The notes beneath the pieces were generated by a model. That model was not told where the DNA came from, searched no databases, and worked only from the letters and a program-made list of their open reading frames with translations. 30,942 nucleotides of DNA from Polyangiales bacterium (GTDB lineage: Bacteria; Myxococcota_A; Polyangia; Polyangiales; Polyangiaceae): contig JBBRNJ010000096.1 of the NCBI GenBank assembly GCA_038230375.1, positions 1 to 30,942 on the forward strand, written 5' to 3'. Positions 26,797 to 30,942 of the stretch are shown in pieces; position 1 is the first letter of the stretch; every line of letters starts with the position of its first letter. The position numbers and the translations under genes are program-made.

Positions 26797-27273
26797 GTGG
26801 ACGCGTTCAAGCACATCCTGGTTCCGACGGACTTCGGCGACTGCGCCGACCATGCGCTCGACGTTGCGGTCGCGCTCGCCCGACGACTGGATGCGAAGCT
26901 CACGCTCCTGCACGTCTGCGAGCTGCCCGTCAGTGCGTACGCGATGTATGCGCAGGGCCTGTATTTCCCCATGGACACGCTCGAGGCGGCCGCCGCAAAG
27001 GCGCTCGAGTCAGCCACAGCTCGCTTGAAGGCGCGCTATCCGGGCGCGGACTCGGTGCTCAAGTCGGGCACTGCGGTGGACCAGCTGTTGATCACGCCTG
27101 ACGAGGTCGGCGCAGATCTGATCGTCATGGGCACACACGGCAGGCGCGGGGTCTCCCGCGTGTTGCTGGGGAGTGTCGCAGAGAAGACTGTGCGGCTCTC
27201 GAAGGTCCCCGTGCTCACGGTGCCGTCGAAGGACCACCACACGCACGAAGAGCAACAGAAGACGGCGACCTAG
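26797..27273 (+). CDS. Universal stress protein (ATP-binding type)
   Basis: FKHILVPTDF, ADLIVMGTHGRRG..R.LLGSVAEK.VR....PVLTV. Confidence 0.95.
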   Translation: MDAFKHILVPTDFGDCADHALDVAVALARRLDAKLTLLHVCELPVSAYAMYAQGLYFPMDTLEAAAAKALESATARLKARYPGADSVLKSGTAVDQLLITPDEVGADLIVMGTHGRRGVSRVLLGSVAEKTVRLSKVPVLTVPSKDHHTHEEQQKTAT

Positions 27274-27285
27274 GAGGATGCGACC

Positions 27286-27648
27286 ATGACCACGAAGAAG
27301 GACGAGTTGACCGACGCAGAGAACAAGGCGCACACACGCAAGGTGAACGACATCGCGCTCGAGCTCGGTGAAGGCGCAGTCGGTGCGATCGCGGGAGCCG
27401 CGATGGGAGCGATTGCAGGGCCGCCGGGCGCGGTCGTGGGTGCGATCATCGGTGGTGCCGTTGGCGTGATCGCCGGGCGCACTGGCTCGGCGGAGGAGCA
27501 CATCGCCGACGACAAGGACCAGGCGCTGGACGAGGAGATCGGCGTGACCAGCGGCGAGATCGGCGCGCCCAACCTGAAGCATCCGCCGACGAAGAGCGAG
27601 GAATTCTACGCACGCTCGCAGAAGCCGGTGCCTCCGCAGAAGACCTGA
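27286..27648 (+). CDS. Glycine-zipper small protein
   Basis: GAVGAIAGAAMGAIAGPPGAVVGAIIGGAVG. SD GGAGG, 12 nt after the USP stop. Confidence 0.8.
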   Translation: MTTKKDELTDAENKAHTRKVNDIALELGEGAVGAIAGAAMGAIAGPPGAVVGAIIGGAVGVIAGRTGSAEEHIADDKDQALDEEIGVTSGEIGAPNLKHPPTKSEEFYARSQKPVPPQKT

Positions 27649-27676
27649 GCGCTGCGGGAGCCGCTATGCTCGGGTC

Positions 27677-29008
27677 ATGTCGCTCCGGCGATGGACCCAA
27701 CGGCCACGCGTCTGGCTGTTCCTCTTTGTCACAGTCGCACTGTGCGCTGGGGCAGGCTTGCGCGCGCGAAACAGCGCGAAGGTGGCACAGGTACGGGCTT
27801 CCGAGGTGTCGCGGAGCTCGCGCACCATCGCAGAGGTTGACCCTCACATCGCGACCGCCGCAGGCGGGCTCGCCGCCGTGTCGTTCATGGGAGTCAGCCA
27901 TGTCGATGGTGAAGGGGATGCCGCGCGCTTCATAGGCGTGCGCGTATCGCACGGGCGTGGTGCGTCGTGGGGCGACATCCAGGAGCTGCGCGCGCCGGAC
28001 GGGCGGTTCGCAACGGACTCCATGCTCACCGCGGATGGCCGTGGCGGCCTCGTCTGCACGTGGCTCGGGTTCCACCAGCGCCTCGCGCGCGGCGGTGAGC
28101 CGTACGATCTGGAGATCTACATGGCGCGCGCAGACGCGAGCGGCGCATTCGGAGAGCCGCGACAGGTCACGGCCGGTGTGCGTGGAAGTGACAAGTTCCT
28201 TCGCGTGGACAAGCCGTGGACCGCCCGCCTGGGAGACGGCACGCTGGCGACGAGCTACCGCGTGGAGGCCGCATCGGGCGCGCGCATCCAGATCTCGCGC
28301 ACGAAGGACGCGAGCCACTTCGAGCACACGACCGTCGAAGAGGGGCGACCGTTCGGGGGCACGCTCGCGACGATCTGCGGCGAGCCGCAAGGACCGCGCG
28401 CGTGGGTCGCATGGGTCGATGGCAGCCGTGGTGCGTTTGCGGAGGTCGTACTGCGCGCGAGCGACGACGGCGCCGCGACGTTCCCGGACAATCGACGCGT
28501 GGTTGTGACCCGGCCCGGTGAGCGCGCGGTCGTGGAGGCGCCGCAGTGCGTGGCGGACGCGGACGCGCTGTTCGTGGCGTATGGCGTGGGCTCCGCGCCA
28601 GCGGATGACTCGTCGTCCGCGGCGTACGACGCGCTCGTACTCGCGCGCTCCCTTGACGGCGGGCGCACGTTCGATGCGCGCTGGGAGGTGCGAGAAGAGG
28701 GCAACGTGCTGCTGCATCCCGCGCTCGCGCGTCTGCCCTCGGGTGATCTTGGAGTGCTCGCGCTCGTGGGAAAAGCGGACGGAGACCCCCACGGGTCCGT
28801 GCGGCGCTTCACGTTCGGGCGAGACGGTGCGCCGCGAGGAGCGAGCACGCTCGTGCAAGAAGGCGTGCGCCTCGTGCGAAAGAGAGCTCCGCTGCAAGGA
28901 TGGACGGGGGATTTTCTGGGATTCGCTGGGGATGGGGAGCGCGAGCTCTATGCGTTCGGAGTGAACGGAGGGGAGAACGCGGAAGCGGCACACGTGAAGG
29001 TGAAGTGA
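27677..29008 (+). CDS. Exported BNR/Asp-box (sialidase-fold) beta-propeller protein
   Basis: Asp-box-like SHGRGASW, SDDGAATF, SLDGGRTF, plus DKPW and an N-terminal hydrophobic segment. Confidence 0.8.
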   Translation: MSLRRWTQRPRVWLFLFVTVALCAGAGLRARNSAKVAQVRASEVSRSSRTIAEVDPHIATAAGGLAAVSFMGVSHVDGEGDAARFIGVRVSHGRGASWGDIQELRAPDGRFATDSMLTADGRGGLVCTWLGFHQRLARGGEPYDLEIYMARADASGAFGEPRQVTAGVRGSDKFLRVDKPWTARLGDGTLATSYRVEAASGARIQISRTKDASHFEHTTVEEGRPFGGTLATICGEPQGPRAWVAWVDGSRGAFAEVVLRASDDGAATFPDNRRVVVTRPGERAVVEAPQCVADADALFVAYGVGSAPADDSSSAAYDALVLARSLDGGRTFDARWEVREEGNVLLHPALARLPSGDLGVLALVGKADGDPHGSVRRFTFGRDGAPRGASTLVQEGVRLVRKRAPLQGWTGDFLGFAGDGERELYAFGVNGGENAEAAHVKVK

Positions 29009-29010
29009 GA

Positions 29011-29115
29011 GACGACGGCGACAACGACCTCGACTTCGACAACGACCGCGACAACGACAACGACTTCGACTTCGACTTCGACTTCGACCTCGACCTCGAC
29101 CTCGACCTCGACCTC
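29011..29115 (+). repeat. Hexamer array (NNCGAC)x17
   Basis: Units GAC/GGC/AAC/CTC/TTC/CGC + GAC, starting 2 nt after the stop at 29008. Confidence 0.95.
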
Positions 29116-29152
29116 CTACCCCTCCCCATGACCTCGATTCCGCCCCCCCCGT

Positions 29153-29182
29153 TTGACAAGAGGTCGTCGTGCGTGGCAAGTT
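29153..29182 (+). promoter_or_regulatory. Putative tRNA promoter
   Basis: TTGACA-N18-CAAGTT with TG extension and a GC-rich discriminator (GCGCTCC). Confidence 0.55.
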
Positions 29183-29222
29183 GCGCTCCTTCTTACGGGC
29201 GTGCCGCTTGCGGCCGACCGTT

Positions 29223-29295
29223 GTCCCCATCGTCTAGAGGCCCAGGACTGCAGCTTTTCACGTTGCTAACAGGGGTTCGAATCCCCTTGGGGACG
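29223..29295 (+). tRNA. tRNA-Glu (UUC), CCA not encoded
   Basis: Acceptor GTCCCCA/TGGGGAC, D arm GTCT-AGAGGCCCA-GGAC, anticodon arm GCAGC-TTTTCAC-GTTGC (TTC at 29257-29259), T arm AGGGG-TTCGAAT-CCCCT. Confidence 0.95.
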
Positions 29296-29383
29296 CTGAA
29301 CATCGTTCAGAAATAGGTTGGGTTTCGGCACTGGGCGCCGAAACTCCGCCAGAACCTCCCCGGCCCCTTCCACGAGGGGTCGG
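29296..29383. terminator. Three hairpins between the tRNA and the convergent gene
   Basis: CTGAAC-ATC-GTTCAG, GTTTCGGC-N7-GCCGAAAC, CCGGCCCCT-N6-AGGGGTCGG. No U-tract. Confidence 0.45.
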
Positions 29384-29412
29384 AGAGCGTTCGCTTCCAC
29401 GTGCGGCCTCGC

Positions 29413-30117
29413 TCACTCACGTCTGTGCTTCGGCGCCACGACGGGCGGCGAGGCGGTCACCGCTTCCACTGGTGGTGGGATGGTTGCGGCGGGGCTTGTC
29501 GTCGGGCGCGTCGCCGGCTTGCAAGCGTCGTCGAACCGATACGAAAATGCCGTGTTCTCGACAGAGAATTCGTAGACGTCGTGCTGGTACGTGATGCGCG
29601 CGACGGCGTCGCGTGGCGCACCCTGGGCGATCGCGGTCGCCCAGAGCACGGCGAACGTGCAGCGCGGGCTCGCGACGGGCACATCCGACTTGTCCGCGGC
29701 GCGTGTGTTCGTGATCGCCATGCCGCGATCGATCTTTTGGCCTTGGTTGCCCATATCGACAACGCTGCTCTTGCGGACAGAGACGGTCGCCTCCTCGCTG
29801 GATGACTCGGGCACCGTGCCGACAGGATACTTGGAACGGTCGACCGGCGCTGGCGGTCGGACAAACTTGTACTCGGCGCTGGGGTAGTACTGCGCTTCAA
29901 GGTCCATGGTGCCGTCGGAGCGCACGCCGCGCGCTTCGATCGAGACGAGCTTGGCATTCGTGCCCGCGAACGTCGTGACCTCCGCGAGCGATGCGCTCGG
30001 GTCAAAGGCGTTCGTTTTTCCCGGCGGGGCGACGGTCCCTTCCATGTGGTTGTCGTTCTTCGAGCAAGCGGCCAGGAGAAGGCACACGGCGACCGATCGG
30101 CCCAGTGATGATGACAT
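29413..30117 (-). CDS. Hypothetical lipoprotein with Pro/Thr-rich C-terminal tail
   Basis: MSSSLGRSVAVCLLLAAC lipobox. TAGTGT-N7-ATG 30117. Alternative in-frame ATG 30204 has a GAGGT SD. Confidence 0.72.
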   Translation of the reverse strand: MSSSLGRSVAVCLLLAACSKNDNHMEGTVAPPGKTNAFDPSASLAEVTTFAGTNAKLVSIEARGVRSDGTMDLEAQYYPSAEYKFVRPPAPVDRSKYPVGTVPESSSEEATVSVRKSSVVDMGNQGQKIDRGMAITNTRAADKSDVPVASPRCTFAVLWATAIAQGAPRDAVARITYQHDVYEFSVENTAFSYRFDDACKPATRPTTSPAATIPPPVEAVTASPPVVAPKHRRE

Positions 30118-30229
30118 GACCCAAACACTAGCGCGCGCGTGCCTCGAGGAACGCACGTGGGGTTGCATCTGATGTTTCTGGCTTGGAGCCGCCGGGATCG
30201 CCATCGCGCCTACCTCTTCACGTGGCTTT

Positions 30230-30253
30230 ATCGTAGCACAATTGTGCTACGAT
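30230..30253. promoter_or_regulatory. Perfect 24-bp palindromic operator overlapping the extended -10 of the TA operon
   Basis: ATCGTAGCACAA|TTGTGCTACGAT, containing TG-C-TACGAT on both strands. Confidence 0.85.
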
Positions 30254-30259
30254 GTGGGG

Positions 30260-30517
30260 ATGAAGAAGCGGCCCGGAGGTACGGTGCACCTGTCGATCTC
30301 ACTCCCCAAGGAGGAGGCCAGATTGCTCAAGCGCCGCGCTCGGCGGGTCTACGATGGCAATGTCTCGCGCGTGGTCAGCGATGCGATCCGTTACATCGCG
30401 TTCGAGGAGGGGCGAGACGCTCTCATTGCGTCGTTCGGCAAGCGCGGCAAGCCCACGGCAACCGAGGCGGCGCAGCTGGATGCCGCGTGGGGGCCCGTGG
30501 CGAAGAAGTCGGCGTGA
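30260..30517 (+). CDS. Ribbon-helix-helix antitoxin (VapB-like)
   Basis: TVHLSISLP...LLKRRA....GNVSRVVSDAIR RHH pattern. GTGA overlap with the PIN gene. Confidence 0.8.
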   Translation: MKKRPGGTVHLSISLPKEEARLLKRRARRVYDGNVSRVVSDAIRYIAFEEGRDALIASFGKRGKPTATEAAQLDAAWGPVAKKSA

Positions 30518-30894
30518 CGGGCCCTGCGATCACGTTCGACACGGGAGCACTCATCGCTCTCGAGCGACGCAAGGACCGCGCGATGAAGGTCTACACGCAC
30601 GCACGGGATCGGGGCCTCCTCGTGGCCACGCCCAACGTGACGGTGGCCGAGTGGTGGCGTGGACGCACCGACCGGCGTGAAGCTGTCCTGCAAGGGGTCC
30701 TCGTGGAGCCCGCATCGGACGAGGTCATGAAGCTCGCAGGTGTGGCGCTGGGGAAGGTGCGGAGAGCGACGACCATGGATGCCATCGTTGCCGCCTTCGC
30801 CGTCGAACGAACCGGGATCCTGTACACGGGCGACGTCGCCGACTTCGAGGCTCTACACGGGTTCTTCCCCGCGCTGCGCGTATTCACGATCTGA
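30514..30894 (+). CDS. vapC: PIN-domain toxin (VapC-like)
   Basis: TFDTGALIA, VAEWWRG, MDAIVAA.A, LYTGDVADF acidic PIN residues. 126 aa. Confidence 0.88.
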   Translation: MTGPAITFDTGALIALERRKDRAMKVYTHARDRGLLVATPNVTVAEWWRGRTDRREAVLQGVLVEPASDEVMKLAGVALGKVRRATTMDAIVAAFAVERTGILYTGDVADFEALHGFFPALRVFTI

Positions 30895-30906
30895 CCGCGC
30901 GATCAC

Positions 30907-30921
30907 AGCCCCCACGGGGCT
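30907..30921. terminator. Short hairpin between convergent genes
   Basis: AGCCCC-CAC-GGGGCT. Confidence 0.35.
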
Positions 30922-30942
30922 TACTGCGCGCCGGTGACCTTC
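30921..30942 (-). CDS. Possible 3' end of a minus-strand gene running off the window (...KVTGAQ*)
   Basis: AAG GTC ACC GGC GCG CAG TAA with high-GC codon usage. Too short to identify. Confidence 0.35.

Noticed and set aside
13349..29115. Hexamer arrays or the double palindrome as CRISPR
   Set aside because: No 23-50 bp repeats with unique spacers and no cas genes.
29395..29406. TTCCACGTG as parS
   Set aside because: The right arm (CGGC) does not complete GTTCCACGTGGAAC.

Overview
High-GC bacterial chromosomal window. The Asp/Ala/Gly-linker lipoproteins, Cys-rich secreted proteins and several sigma-54 promoters point to Myxococcota, probably Polyangiales (inference). It holds about 36 CDS, one tRNA-Glu(UUC) and no integrase, transposase, CRISPR array or rRNA. 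Recognisable genes: YceI, a saccharopine-dehydrogenase-like reductase, a Tat-exported dienelactone hydrolase, a metallophosphoesterase, zwf, a 2OG-Fe(II) oxygenase, a c-type cytochrome lipoprotein, a Cys-type glutathione peroxidase, an ECF42-type sigma cluster (AlkZ-related, tandem YCII, sigma, TfoX-like), an FGE-sulfatase-domain protein, a minimal aeRF1-like protein, TetR-thiolase-esterase, two universal stress proteins, a BNR/sialidase-fold protein and a VapBC-type toxin-antitoxin pair. Many ORF-track starts were moved downstream using SD, promoter or signal-peptide evidence. The most unusual signals are non-coding: three same-strand (NNCGAC)n hexamer arrays, a ~100-bp double-palindrome element upstream of zwf, four sigma-54 promoters linking the aeRF1-like gene with USPs, repeated leaderless TAnnnT-N6-start architecture, a 22-codon coupling ORF, a perfect 24-bp palindrome at the TA promoter and an atypical tRNA-Glu anticodon arm. 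All family calls come from motif recognition by eye; no database searches were run.
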